This document shows positions 12,145-21,803 of a DNA stretch of 64,000 nt, piece after piece. Position numbers and translations under genes: made by a program. The stretch is from an uncultured Gemmatimonadales bacterium (GTDB lineage Bacteria > Gemmatimonadota > Gemmatimonadetes > Gemmatimonadales > GWC2-71-9). The notes beneath the pieces were generated by a model. The model had not been told where the DNA came from, did no database searches, and saw only the letters and a list, made by a program, of their open reading frames with translations. The stretch is taken from positions 1,330 through 65,329 of the forward strand of contig CAVRFK010000031.1 in the NCBI GenBank assembly GCA_963720365.1. Reading direction: 5' to 3'. How positions within the stretch are numbered: position 1 is the stretch's first letter; every line of letters starts with the position of its first letter.

Positions 12145-12160
12145 TGTGATCCACGTCACA
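12145..12160. promoter_or_regulatory. TGTGA-N6-TCACA site (CRP/FNR-family or Rex-like) beside TTGACA
   Basis: TGTGA TCCACG TCACA; TTGACA at 12137-12142. Confidence 0.6.
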
Positions 12161-12330
12161 ATTCTCCATCCGGCGCAGGGCTCCCCCACAAAACGAGATG
12201 ACACCCCACCGGTGCTCATTCCGCTGCGCTCTGAGCAGCTAGTTCGCTAGCCTCAGCCCACCCTCGGATCCCCCATCCCTACACCATCGATCCGACCGGG
12301 CACACCCCGGTCTGAGAGAATGTCCACGAC

Positions 12331-14442
12331 ATGTCGCCATTCATCCGTCGGACCACCGGCGTCTCGCGCCGGCGTGCGGCTCTCCTGTTGGCCGGCCTGG
12401 CCATCGCGGGCTGCGACCACACCGCGTCCTTCACACCGGACGAGGAGACTCCCGTCGTCCCGGTGAGCCTGGCGCCCGCGGCGAACGCGCCGACGGCCGC
12501 GGCGACGTTCGCCGGGGGCATTCCGTTCGGGATGTTCGCCCAGCCGCTCAGTCTCTACGGCGACCGCTACAACGGCGGCCACCGCAACACGCCCGCGAGC
12601 GACCTGCTCAATTCCCTCACCCAGATCAGGAACGCCGGCGGGAAGGTGGTCGTGGTCTTCGCGGGCAGCAACAACAACTACAAGGATGCCGACGGCCACT
12701 TCAGCATGAGCCTGTGGCAGTCGCGGGTGGACCGGTACCGCGGGGTGAATTTCTCCTCGTTCGTCGAGGACGGCACCATCATCGCGCACTACCTGCTGGA
12801 CGAGCCGAACGATCCCAATAACTGGAACGGCCAGCCAGTCCCGCCCGCGACGGTCGAGCAGATGGCGGAGTACAGCAAGTCCATCTGGCCCACGCTGCCG
12901 ACGGTGGTGCGGGTGGACGCGTCGTACCTGACGCAGGGGAATCCGAGCTACCAGTACCTCGACGCGGCGTGGGCCCAGTACGTCGAGCGGAAGGGCGCGC
13001 CGGGCGACTATCTGAGCCGCAACGTGGCCGACGCGCAGTCGGTCGGGCTCCAGCTCATCGTCGGGCTCAACCTGCTCAAGGGCGGGCCGGGGAACACCGC
13101 GCTGACCGCGAGCCTGATCCAGACATATGGCTCGGCGATGCTGACCAGCTCCTATCCCTGCGCCTTCATCAGCTGGCAGTACGACGCGAATTTTCTGGCC
13201 GGGGCCGGCATCGGTGAAGCGATGGATGCGCTCCGCCCCTTGGCCCAGAACCGGCCGACCAAGAGCTGCGCCGCGGCCGGCGGCTCGCCGCCTCCGCCTC
13301 CGCCCCGCCCGATCCGGTTCCGACGACGACCACCATTTCCGCGGCGACCCCCGATCCTTCGACGCCGGGGCAGAGCGTGACCGTCGCCGTGACGGTCGGA
13401 GCATCGGCCAGCACGCCGGGCGGCACGGTGATGGTGACGGCGGCGGGCGGCTCGGAGTCGTGCGCGGTGACGTTGAGCGACGGGGCAGGGAGCTGCGCGC
13501 TGGCGCTGACGGAGGCGGGCGACCGCACCCTGCGGGCGAGCTTCGATGGCGATGCCGATTTCGAGGCCAGCTCGGATACCGAGCCGCACGAGGTGCGGGT
13601 GACGCGGCAGAGCGTGGCGATCGCGTGGGCCGCGCCGCAGGCGATCACCTACGGCACGGCGCTCGGCTCCTCGCAGCTCAACGCGTCGGCCTCATCGGGC
13701 GGCTCGTCGGTGCCGGGGACGTATGCCTACGAGCCGGCGGCGGGCGCGGTGCTGAACGCCGGCAACGGGCAGCCACTCACGGTGACGTTCACGCCGAACG
13801 ATCCCGCCGCATACGAAAGCGCCACTGGCACGGTCCCGATCAACGTGGTGCCCCGCGCGACGACGATGAGCGTGGACCGTGCCGTCATCCACGACGACGG
13901 GTCCGCTGTCCTCCGCGCTCCTGAACGCGAAGGCGACGGGCATCGGCGGCGCGACGGTGCCGGGAACCTTCACCTACTCACCCGCGGCGGGACAGTTCCT
14001 CGATGCGCGGCCGTCGCAGACGCTCACGGTGACCTTCCAGCCCTCGAGCGGCAACTACTCCTCGGCGACGAAGAGCGTATCGCTCGCGGTGCTGTATCCG
14101 TTCAGCGGGTTCTTCGATCCGGTGGACAACGCCGGCCGGCTCAACACGGCGAAGGCAGGCGTCGCCATCCCGGTCAAGTTCAGTCTGGGCGGCAGCCGGC
14201 CCGACCCGGTGCTGGCTTCGGGCTCGCCGCAGGTGACGAGCGTGTCGTGTCCCTGGTGGCCGACCGACGCGATCGAGCAGACGGTCTCCGCGTCGAGCAG
14301 CAGCATCAGGTACGACTCGCCGACGGGCCGCTACATCTACACCTGGAAGACCAGCACGACCTGGGCAAACAGCTGCCGGAGGCTGACGATTACGCTGAAG
14401 GACGGGACGCGGCGCGAGGCGACGTTCAAGTTTTCGCGCTAG
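12331..14442 (+). CDS. Secreted lipoprotein: glycoside-hydrolase-like domain, Ig-like/MBG-like repeats, C-terminal PxKF domain (apparent frameshifts ~13310-13340 and ~13870-13915)
   Basis: Lipobox LAIAGC; YLLDEPN; Pro linker; two VPGT.Y.PAAG..L...LTVTF.P repeats; FSGFFDPVDN...KAGVAIPVKFSL. Confidence 0.65.
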
Positions 14443-14460
14443 CAGATGCGGGAGGACAGC

Positions 14461-14501
14461 GACGTGCCCCCTGCGGCTTGATGAAGCGCAGGGGGCACGT
14501 C
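14461..14501. terminator. 15-bp perfect GC-rich hairpin between the PxKF gene and the tRNA
   Basis: GACGTGCCCCCTGCG / CGCAGGGGGCACGTC; weak U tract. Confidence 0.5.
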
Positions 14502-14516
14502 ATGTTTCGCGCAGTC

Positions 14517-14590
14517 GGGCCCTTAGCTCAGGTGGTTAGAGCAGCGGACTCATAATCCGTCGGTCCCTGGTTCGAATCCAGGAGGGCCCA
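14517..14590 (+). tRNA. tRNA with CAT anticodon, probably tRNA-Ile2 (lysidine)
   Basis: GGGCCCT/AGGGCCC acceptor, TAGCTCAG..GGTTAGAGC D arm, GCGGA-CTCATAA-TCCGT anticodon arm, GGTTCGAATCC; CCA not encoded. Confidence 0.9.
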
Positions 14591-14597
14591 TGGGTCG

Positions 14598-15107
14598 CTA
14601 TCCCACCTCGAGCCCACGCAGCATCTCCAGCGCGGCCACCAGATCCACCTGACGTTCCTCCCTCGACCCCGCCAGCTCCCGCAGCCGTCGCGCCCGCCAC
14701 CGATTCTCGCTCGGCGGGGGACGCAGTCTCACCGAGACCCCGCACGCCATGCGCACCGCCTGAAGCAGGCGCCGGCGGTGAACGGTTTGGGAAGGATGGG
14801 GAGCCGCCGGTCGAGATTCACCGCGCTCAGGAAGCCGGTAATCCCGAGCACCGGCAGCCCCGGGCGGAACACCGACAGCACCTCGGCCAGCTCCCGGCCG
14901 GACACGCGTGGCATCGTGAGATCGGTGATGACGAGGTCGAGCGCTCCCGGTGAGGCGCGAGATCAGCTCCAGCGCCTCCATCCCGTCACCGGCCTCGAGC
15001 ACAGTCCAGCCGTCGGCTTCGAGGCAGCGGCGTCCGATCCAGCGGACCGCGGCCTCGTCGTCCACGAACAGGACTATGCCCCGAGCATGCGGCTCGGTCA
15101 TCGGCAT
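14598..15107 (-). CDS. Response regulator receiver protein (apparent frameshifts ~14945 and ~14770)
   Basis: VLFVDDE, DLVITDLTMP, LGITG and PKPF recovered across frames. Confidence 0.7.
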   Translation of the reverse strand: MPMTEPHARGIVLFVDDEAAVRWIGRRCLEADGWTVLEAGDGMEALELISRLTGSARPRHHRSHDATRVRPGAGRGAVGVPPGAAGARDYRLPERGESRPAAPHPSQTVHRRRLLQAVRMACGVSVRLRPPPSENRWRARRLRELAGSREERQVDLVAALEMLRGLEVG

Positions 15108-15222
15108 TCCCGCTGCTTGAGAGGGGTTGGTCAGGTGAATATCCGACCGGTTTTCGGGGGGCGCAAGGCGACGCTTGCCGGGGGCAGGACGGAGGTATAG
15201 GTTCCCGCTCCCGAAGTCCTTA

Positions 15223-15296
15223 GGGCGATTAGCTCAGCTGGTTAGAGCGCGCGCCTCACATGCGCGAGGTCGGGGGTTCAAGTCCCTCATCGCCCA
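15223..15296 (+). tRNA. tRNA-Val(CAC)
   Basis: GGGCGAT/ATCGCCC acceptor, CGCGC-CTCACAT-GCGCG anticodon arm, GGTTCAAGTCC; upstream TTGCCG-N17-TAGGTT. Confidence 0.93.
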
Positions 15297-15305
15297 CTCC
15301 GATCC

Positions 15306-15333
15306 CGAGCCCCGCGTGGTCGCGCGGGGCTCG
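15306..15333 (+). terminator. Hairpin downstream of tRNA-Val
   Basis: CGAGCCCCGCG / CGCGGGGCTCG. Confidence 0.45.
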
Positions 15334-15362
15334 TCGTCTCTCCCTCGGTAAAGAGAGGCAGC

Positions 15363-15764
15363 ATGGGCGAACGTGAGACCATCCTCGTGGTCGAGGACGA
15401 GAAGCCGCTGCTGACCGCGGTGCGCCGCCTCCTGGAGCGAGCCTCCTACACGGTTCTCAGCGCCGCCTCCGTCGCCGAAGCGATCGAAGTCGCCGCCAAC
15501 TACCCGGAGCCGATCGACCTGCTCCTCTCCGATTATCTCCTGCCCAGCGCCACCGGCCGCCAACTCGCCCAGGTGCTGCGCCGCAGCCGCCCGAACCTTC
15601 GCGTGCTCTTCATGTCGGGCTACTCCGGCGAAGATCTTCCTCCCGAGACCGAAGACGACGTGGAAGCGGAATACGTCCAGAAGCCCTTCGCGGCCGACCA
15701 GCTCCTGCTTCACGTCAACGGCGTGCTGCACCCCCGCCGGCGCCGCAGCGACGCGGCCGGATGA
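15363..15764 (+). CDS. Single-domain response regulator
   Basis: ILVVEDE, DLLLSD, FMSGY, QKPF. Confidence 0.9.
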   Translation: MGERETILVVEDEKPLLTAVRRLLERASYTVLSAASVAEAIEVAANYPEPIDLLLSDYLLPSATGRQLAQVLRRSRPNLRVLFMSGYSGEDLPPETEDDVEAEYVQKPFAADQLLLHVNGVLHPRRRRSDAAG

Positions 15765-15846
15765 GACGAAAGTGACCTGCCTCACTCCCACCCGACGGAA
15801 CGTCTTCATACCTTCAGCCTGACCCCATTACACGGAGTTCAGGCAA

Positions 15847-16257
15847 GTGTCCGCTCAGTATCCTCCTCAATACGTCACGGCGCTGGTAGTAGACGACGAG
15901 CGCATCAGCCGCCACGTGGCGACGCGCATGCTCCGCGAGCTGGGGCTGCGGGTGCTGGAAGCGGACGGGGCCGAGGAGGCCCTGGACGTGTTCCGGATCT
16001 CCCAGCAGCCCATCGATCTGGTGCTCCTGGACGTGGTGATGCCCGAGACCGACGGCGTGGAATTGGCCGAGCAGCTCCTGGCCCACCGCCCCGGCCAGCG
16101 GATCATCTTCATGTCGGCGCACCCCGCGGAAGTCCTTGCGGAGCATGGCCTCCAGGATCTCGACGTGCATTTTCTGGCCAAGCCCTACACCATGGACGAG
16201 CTGCATGCCAAGGTGGACCAGGCCATGAACCGCGAGGGGCAGGGCCTGCGCGGATAG
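15847..16257 (+). CDS. Single-domain response regulator
   Basis: LVVDDE, DLVLLDVVMP, FMSA, AKPY. Confidence 0.9.
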   Translation: MSAQYPPQYVTALVVDDERISRHVATRMLRELGLRVLEADGAEEALDVFRISQQPIDLVLLDVVMPETDGVELAEQLLAHRPGQRIIFMSAHPAEVLAEHGLQDLDVHFLAKPYTMDELHAKVDQAMNREGQGLRG

Positions 16258-16444
16258 GCCGGGCGCGCTGGCGATCCCCGGAATGCGGGTTTAGACTCCG
16301 CTTGCGGTTTCTGCCTGGTTGACTCCCCCTGAGATTCCCGGTTGGTCAACCCTTGCCAAACAGGCAGGGCGCGCCAACATATAGTAAAGTCTAGGCCCTC
16401 GGGGCCTGTGGAACTTGAACCGGGGTCGCTTGTTGACGACGCAG

Positions 16445-17524
16445 ATGATCGACTTCGGCTCGGCGGCACTCACGCTCGCCGACCGAGTCGCCGCCGATTT
16501 GCCCGGCTTTGCGCATGGGCTCGGCCATCCGGATTTCCCCTGTCTCTCGCGGGCACATAACCCGTCGAGCTGCGTGCCCTGCACGGACTTCTCGCCCTGG
16601 CTGCGGGAACGGGTGCGCCGCGGCGACGTGGAGGCCGCGGGGGAGTACCTGTGGCGGATCCGCGAGGCCAATCCCGGCGTCGGCGACTCGGAAGATGATT
16701 TCCGGCGGCGCTACCGCTCGTTGGCGGTATCGGTGCTCGAGGCCCCCCTGGAGACGCACCTCCGAGGCGGCAGCGAGGACGCGTATCTCGACCTTCGGAT
16801 CGCGCTGCTCCTCCTCGCGGCCCACGAGGGCTTCTCCGGCTTCATCATGACCGGCGAGGCGGCCGATTTCCTGGCAGCGGCCGTCTGTCCTCACGCCTTC
16901 TCGCTCGCCGGGGCCGAGCGCCTGGTCGAAGCCCGCAACGACTTCGTCCGGCGCATGGCGAGCGAGATGAGCTACTGGTCCACCTGGCCTCCCCTCGCCG
17001 CCGAATCCCTCCATCCGCTCGCTCCACCGAACGATCCCGAACTCGCCGCCGTGTTGGCGCTCCTGCAGCCGCTCCCGCTGGGCGTGCGGGCGCATGCGGC
17101 CGACGTGTTGCGCCACCTGGTCGCCGACCCCGCGACGCCGCGCACGCTCGCGAGCCTGAGCCGCTACGAGACCCGGAAGCGCGGTCTCGACGTGACCGAA
17201 TCCACCCGGCTCATCATGAATACCGGTGTCGTGATCCCCGCAACGGAGCTGAAGGGCTGGCTGGCAGGGTGGACCCGGCGGGACCTGCTCGGCTTCCTGG
17301 CGCACTGCGGGGTCCGGCCCCGCAACTCCTGGAGCAAGGAGCGGCTGGCGGAAGTCGCCGAATGCGAGTGCGCGGACATGCTGCGCCAGCGGATGGGAGA
17401 GTCGGGCGTGGTGGAGCTGAACCCGGCGCACATCAACGGCGCGCGGGCACTGCGGCAATATCTGGACGGCGTGAAGGAGACCTGGCGCGTGTGGCTCGGC
17501 TTCGGAACGGGCGTGAACGCCTAG
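16445..17524 (+). CDS. Hypothetical protein with possible SAP/HeH-like motif
   Basis: Long ORF with genome-like codon usage; start uncertain; WTRRDLLGFLAHCGVRPRNSWSKERLA. Confidence 0.65.
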   Translation: MIDFGSAALTLADRVAADLPGFAHGLGHPDFPCLSRAHNPSSCVPCTDFSPWLRERVRRGDVEAAGEYLWRIREANPGVGDSEDDFRRRYRSLAVSVLEAPLETHLRGGSEDAYLDLRIALLLLAAHEGFSGFIMTGEAADFLAAAVCPHAFSLAGAERLVEARNDFVRRMASEMSYWSTWPPLAAESLHPLAPPNDPELAAVLALLQPLPLGVRAHAADVLRHLVADPATPRTLASLSRYETRKRGLDVTESTRLIMNTGVVIPATELKGWLAGWTRRDLLGFLAHCGVRPRNSWSKERLAEVAECECADMLRQRMGESGVVELNPAHINGARALRQYLDGVKETWRVWLGFGTGVNA

Positions 17525-18552
17525 ATCACGCCGCCCCGCCTCAGCCTGCCGATCTGATCGAACCGCTCTTCGTGCACCGCGAGCACCTCCTCGGGTGACA
17601 CCGTAGCAACCCCCGGCTTACTCACCTCGACTCCCGCGGCATAATTGGCGAGCTGCGCCGCTTCCGTGAGCGACGCGCCCGCGGCCAGGGCCGTGCCGAG
17701 CCACGCCGTGACGGTGTCGCCCGCGCCGGAGACGTCGTAGACCTGGCGCGCGATGCTGGGAATCCTGAGCGAGCTGCCGTCCTTCGTCACCAGCAGCATC
17801 CCCTCCGCGCCCAGCGTCACCAGCAGGTTGTCCACCTTGAGCCGCTGCAGCACCTCGGGCAGGGCGTTCCGGTTCTGCAGGTCCACCGCCGCGCCGAGGG
17901 CGGACTCCAGCTCCCGCCGGTTGGGCTTGAAGACCGTGGCGCCGGCGTACTCGAAGAACTGCCGATACTTGGGATCCACCACCACCGGGATGCCGCGCCG
18001 TCTCGCCGTCTCCATCACGGCCTGGATCAGCTCGGGCGCGAGCGCGCCCTTGTTGTAGTCCTCGAGCAGGAGGGCGTCGGCGTCGGCCAGGGCGTCACGC
18101 GACGCCTTGACCAGGCGCGCGAGGTCGGGCCCCTCGAGCAGCGCGTCCACCTCGTCGTCGATGCGGACGATCTGCTGCGACCGCGCGATGATCCGCGTCT
18201 TCGACGTGGTGGGCCGCCCGGCCACCGTCACCACGAAGCGCCCGTCGAGCCGGTGCACGACGAGCTCCTGGCGGATCGCCGCGCCGTCGCCGTCGTCGCC
18301 GACCGTGCCGACCAGGAGACAGCTCGCGCCGACCGACGCCACGTTGGCGGCGACGTTCGCCGCGCCGCCGAGCTTGGCCTGCCGGTCGCGCAGGGTGACG
18401 ACCGGGACGGGCGCCTCGGGCGAGAGCCGCTCGGTATCGCCGAAGAGGTACCGGTCGATCATGATGTCGCCGATCACCACGACCCGGCTGCTCTTCATCC
18501 GGTCGATCAGCTGCAGGATGCGGTCGCGGCTCAGCGGCGGCGGATGGGTCAT
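17521..18552 (-). CDS. rfaE1: D-glycero-beta-D-manno-heptose-7-phosphate kinase
   Basis: RLSPEAPVPVV, GGAANVAAN, DYNKG, YDVSGAGDTV. Confidence 0.92.
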   Translation of the reverse strand: MTHPPPLSRDRILQLIDRMKSSRVVVIGDIMIDRYLFGDTERLSPEAPVPVVTLRDRQAKLGGAANVAANVASVGASCLLVGTVGDDGDGAAIRQELVVHRLDGRFVVTVAGRPTTSKTRIIARSQQIVRIDDEVDALLEGPDLARLVKASRDALADADALLLEDYNKGALAPELIQAVMETARRRGIPVVVDPKYRQFFEYAGATVFKPNRRELESALGAAVDLQNRNALPEVLQRLKVDNLLVTLGAEGMLLVTKDGSSLRIPSIARQVYDVSGAGDTVTAWLGTALAAGASLTEAAQLANYAAGVEVSKPGVATVSPEEVLAVHEERFDQIGRLRRGGVI

Positions 18553-20064
18553 TCGATCACTCCCCGGCGGCTCAGGCCCAGCGTGGCCTGGAGCCGGCCC
18601 TCGAAGCGGTTGTCCGTGACGCCTGCCCGGTTGCCGGCGTTGACGACGTGGTGCAGGCCGGCGGTCGCGCGGAGGTCGAGCGGGCCCTTGCCGTCCACTG
18701 ACGGCGACCGCCGCGCGCCAGGTGCGCTCGACCGTCCCGATGAACAGGTTCGGGAGCTGCCCCGCCTCCTCGGGCGTCGCGGGGAACGGGTCGTTGATGT
18801 CGCCCTCCCCCTGGCGCTGGAGCGTCAGCTCCGGCGTGAGCAGCCACCGGGTGCCCGCGGGAACGCTCACCGTCAGCGTCACGCGGTCCATGTCGGCGAA
18901 GTTGCGCCCGAGGCCGACACCGCCGTCGGTCAGGTTCTCGAACGGATCGATGGTCCGGAACGCGAGACTCGAGGCCTGCGTGTAGAGCGCGCGCCAGGCG
19001 AGCGTCGAGCCGAGCGGGCCGTGCGCCGCGAGGGTGAAGGCCCAGCGGTTCGGGTAGCGATCTTCGCCCGACGTGTTCTCGTACTGGAGATCGTCGAGGC
19101 CGACCTGCGCCTCGACCGTGGTCCCCTTGGCGATGCGGTACGCCGCGTCCAGCCCGAAGAGCACGTTGCCGTCGGAGCCCAGCCCGTACTGGTTCGCCAG
19201 AAGAAGCAGGCTGAGCGGATTGCGGTAGCGGCCGTCGAACTCGCGATCTTCGCCCGCCAGCACGGTCGTCTCCCACACGCCGAGGCGCAAGCGCTCGCCG
19301 ATCCGGACGCCGACCCGGTGGGCGAAGAAGTAGCGGTGGATGCGGGCACCCGTGCCGTCACGCGCGTCCTCGAGCGAGCGGGCGAGTGCGGTGAGCCTGA
19401 TCGCGTCCACCCCGATGTCGAAGCCGAATTCGGTGTCGTTGTAGCCGTAGTCGCTGAGACCGATGCCTTCGATCCCCACCGGACCCCAGTTGCGATCCAT
19501 CTGTCCCAGGAACACGCTGCCGTACTTGAACTGCGCGCTGGCGTACGCCTCCGACATCCGCCACGCCAGCTCCAGGTCGCGCCGCCCGGGCCACTCGGGA
19601 TCGTCGGTGATGCGGGGCTCGGCGAGGGGACGGCTCACGAGCGTGAAGGGACCCAGGCTGGCCTCGCCGAGCAGCTCGCCGTAGGGGCGCACGCCGTCGG
19701 GGCCGAGGGGGTGGAGTACGTCGCGGCGGACATGGCTGTAGGCCTGGCCACCGACCCGGACGCCGATACGCCAGCGGTTCGAGTCGGCCGGCTCCTCCAG
19801 GTCCTCGCGCAGGCGGCGGACCAACGCGGCGCTCGCGTCGCTGCCGCTGTCGGCACCGGCGAGCACCCGGAACGCGTCCGCGCGGCGGAAGGGCCGCACC
19901 ATCGGCGAGGGGTCGGCGATGTCGCCCCGGGCGATGAGGTGCTCCAGCAGCGGGAGCCGGGGATCGTCGAGCGGGAGATAGGGAGACGACTGCGCGGCGC
20001 CCCGCGTGGGGGCGAGCGCACCGAGAAGCACCGCGGCGGCGAGGACGTTGGAGGCCCGGGGCAT
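18549..20064 (-). CDS. Wzi-like capsule-assembly outer-membrane protein (apparent frameshift ~18690)
   Basis: Signal peptide; GQMDRNWGP, RYFFAHR, GVWETTV, NVLFGLD; TGA overlaps rfaE1 ATG in corrected frame. Confidence 0.6.
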
Positions 20065-20131
20065 CGGCGGGGAAAGCAACAGGATCGCGGCACGAGAGTC
20101 AAAGGCGGTCCCCGATTATCTTGTCACGACT

Positions 20132-20774
20132 ATGGCGAAACAAGACAATCTCGATCCGCAGACTCGGGACCTGGTCCGCTTCGCCGCCGCGATCGCACAG
20201 GGCTACGAGCCGGAGCTGCGCGACCGGGTCGGTCCGCTCCGCGCGTCGCAGGTGCCGGCCGCCTGGGTCGAGGAGCTGCTCCTCCAATCGGTGCTGATGG
20301 TGGGCTATCCGCGGGCGCTCATCGCGTTCGCGGTGTGGCGCAGGTTCAGCGCGCTCGCCGCCCCCGATACCGACGAGGGGACGGACTACGGGCAGGTGCA
20401 CGAGTGGACCCGGCGAGGCGAGGAAGTCTGCGCCCGGGTGTACGGGGAGAACTACTCCAAGCTGCGCGACAGCGTGCGCTCGCTCCATCCCGCCATCGAC
20501 GCCTGGATGATCACCGAAGGCTATGGGCGCACCATGGGCCGCGCCTGGTCTCGACCTCCTGCGGCGAGAGCTGTGCACGGTAGCCCAGACCGCGGTGCTG
20601 GAGGCGCCCAAGCAGCTCCACTCGCACCTGCGCGGCGCGCTCAACGCGGGCGCGACGTTCGGGCAGATCGACGGTGTGCTCTCGATCGTGAATCCGCTGC
20701 TCTCGTTCGACCAGTGGAAGAAGATCAAGGAGCTCTGGCGCACGGTCCGCGAAGGGTGGTCGCCGGGTAACTGA
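20132..20774 (+). CDS. Carboxymuconolactone decarboxylase (AhpD-like) family protein (apparent frameshift ~20540)
   Basis: ELLLQSVLMVGYPRA; RPGL..RRELCTVA...QLHSHLRGALNAGA. Confidence 0.78.
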
Positions 20775-21803
20775 TGTTCATCGATCGCGCGGTCGTGCGG
20801 GTGACGGCGGGCACGGGAGGATCCGGCGCCAGCTCCTTCGCCCGATTCAAATACAAGCCGAAAGGCGGCCCCGACGGCGGCGACGGCGGGCACGGCGGGA
20901 GCATTTTCGTTCGTGGGGACGCCAACCTCGCGACGCTGCTCGACTACCGCTACCGCAACGCCTGGAAGGCCGAGCGCGGGGAGCACGGCAGGGGCAAGAC
21001 GCAGACCGGCGCTTCGTCCGAGGATGTCTATCTGCCCGTGCCGCCCGGCACGCGTGGTGAAGGACGCCGAGACCGACAAGCTGCTGGGCGAGGTCCTCCA
21101 CGCCGGGGACACGATCCAGGTCGCCAAGGGCGGCCGTGGCGGGCGCGGCAATGCCCGCTTCGCCACCTCGACCCACCAGGCGCCGAGGGAGTGGGAGCCC
21201 GGCGAGGAGGGCGAGGAGCGGCAGATCGAGCTGGTCCTCAAGCTGATCGCCGACGTCGGCCTCGTAGGCGAGCCGAATGCCGGCAAGAGCACGCTGCTCT
21301 CGGTCATCTCCGCCGCCCGCCCGAAGATCGCGGACTATCCGTTCACGACGCTGGAGCCCAACCTCGGTGTGGTCGGCCTGAGCGGCCACCGCAGCTTCGT
21401 CGTGGCCGACATCCCCGGCATCATCGAAGGCGCGCACGAAGGCAAGGGGCTCGGCCTCCGATTCCTCCAGCACGTGGAGCGGACCCGGGTGCTCGCATAT
21501 CTGGTTCCGCTCGACAGCGAGGATCCGCAGGCCGTGTACCGGGGGCTCCGCCACGAGATCGAGCAATACAGCGCTGCACTCGCGGCCAAGCCGCACGTCG
21601 TGTTCCTCACCAAGCGCGACCTGCTGGCGGCGGGGGCGCCGGTGCCTGCCATCGATGCGCCCGACGCCGCGGGAATTCTCGCCTTGTCGAGCGCGGCCGG
21701 TACCGGTCTCGACGAGATGAAGGAGTATCTCTGGAAGTTCGTGGAATCGGCCAAGGGCGAGGAGGCGTCAGTGGAGGCGTGGCGGCGGGAGGACGAGGAG
21801 TAG
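20774..21803 (+). CDS. obgE: GTPase ObgE (apparent frameshift ~21050)
   Basis: MFID..GGPDGGDGGHGG; ADVGLVGEPNAGKSTL, YPFTT, DIPG. Confidence 0.95.

Noticed and set aside
14517..17524. Integrative island at the tRNAs
   Set aside because: No integrase, no duplicated tRNA 3' end seen, no clear compositional shift
17521..20079. 852-aa Wzi-like/RfaE1 fusion in the ORF track
   Set aside because: A frameshift near 18690 bridges two genes; the corrected frame stops at 18549-18551 overlapping the rfaE1 ATG, and an outer-membrane protein fused to a cytoplasmic kinase is implausible
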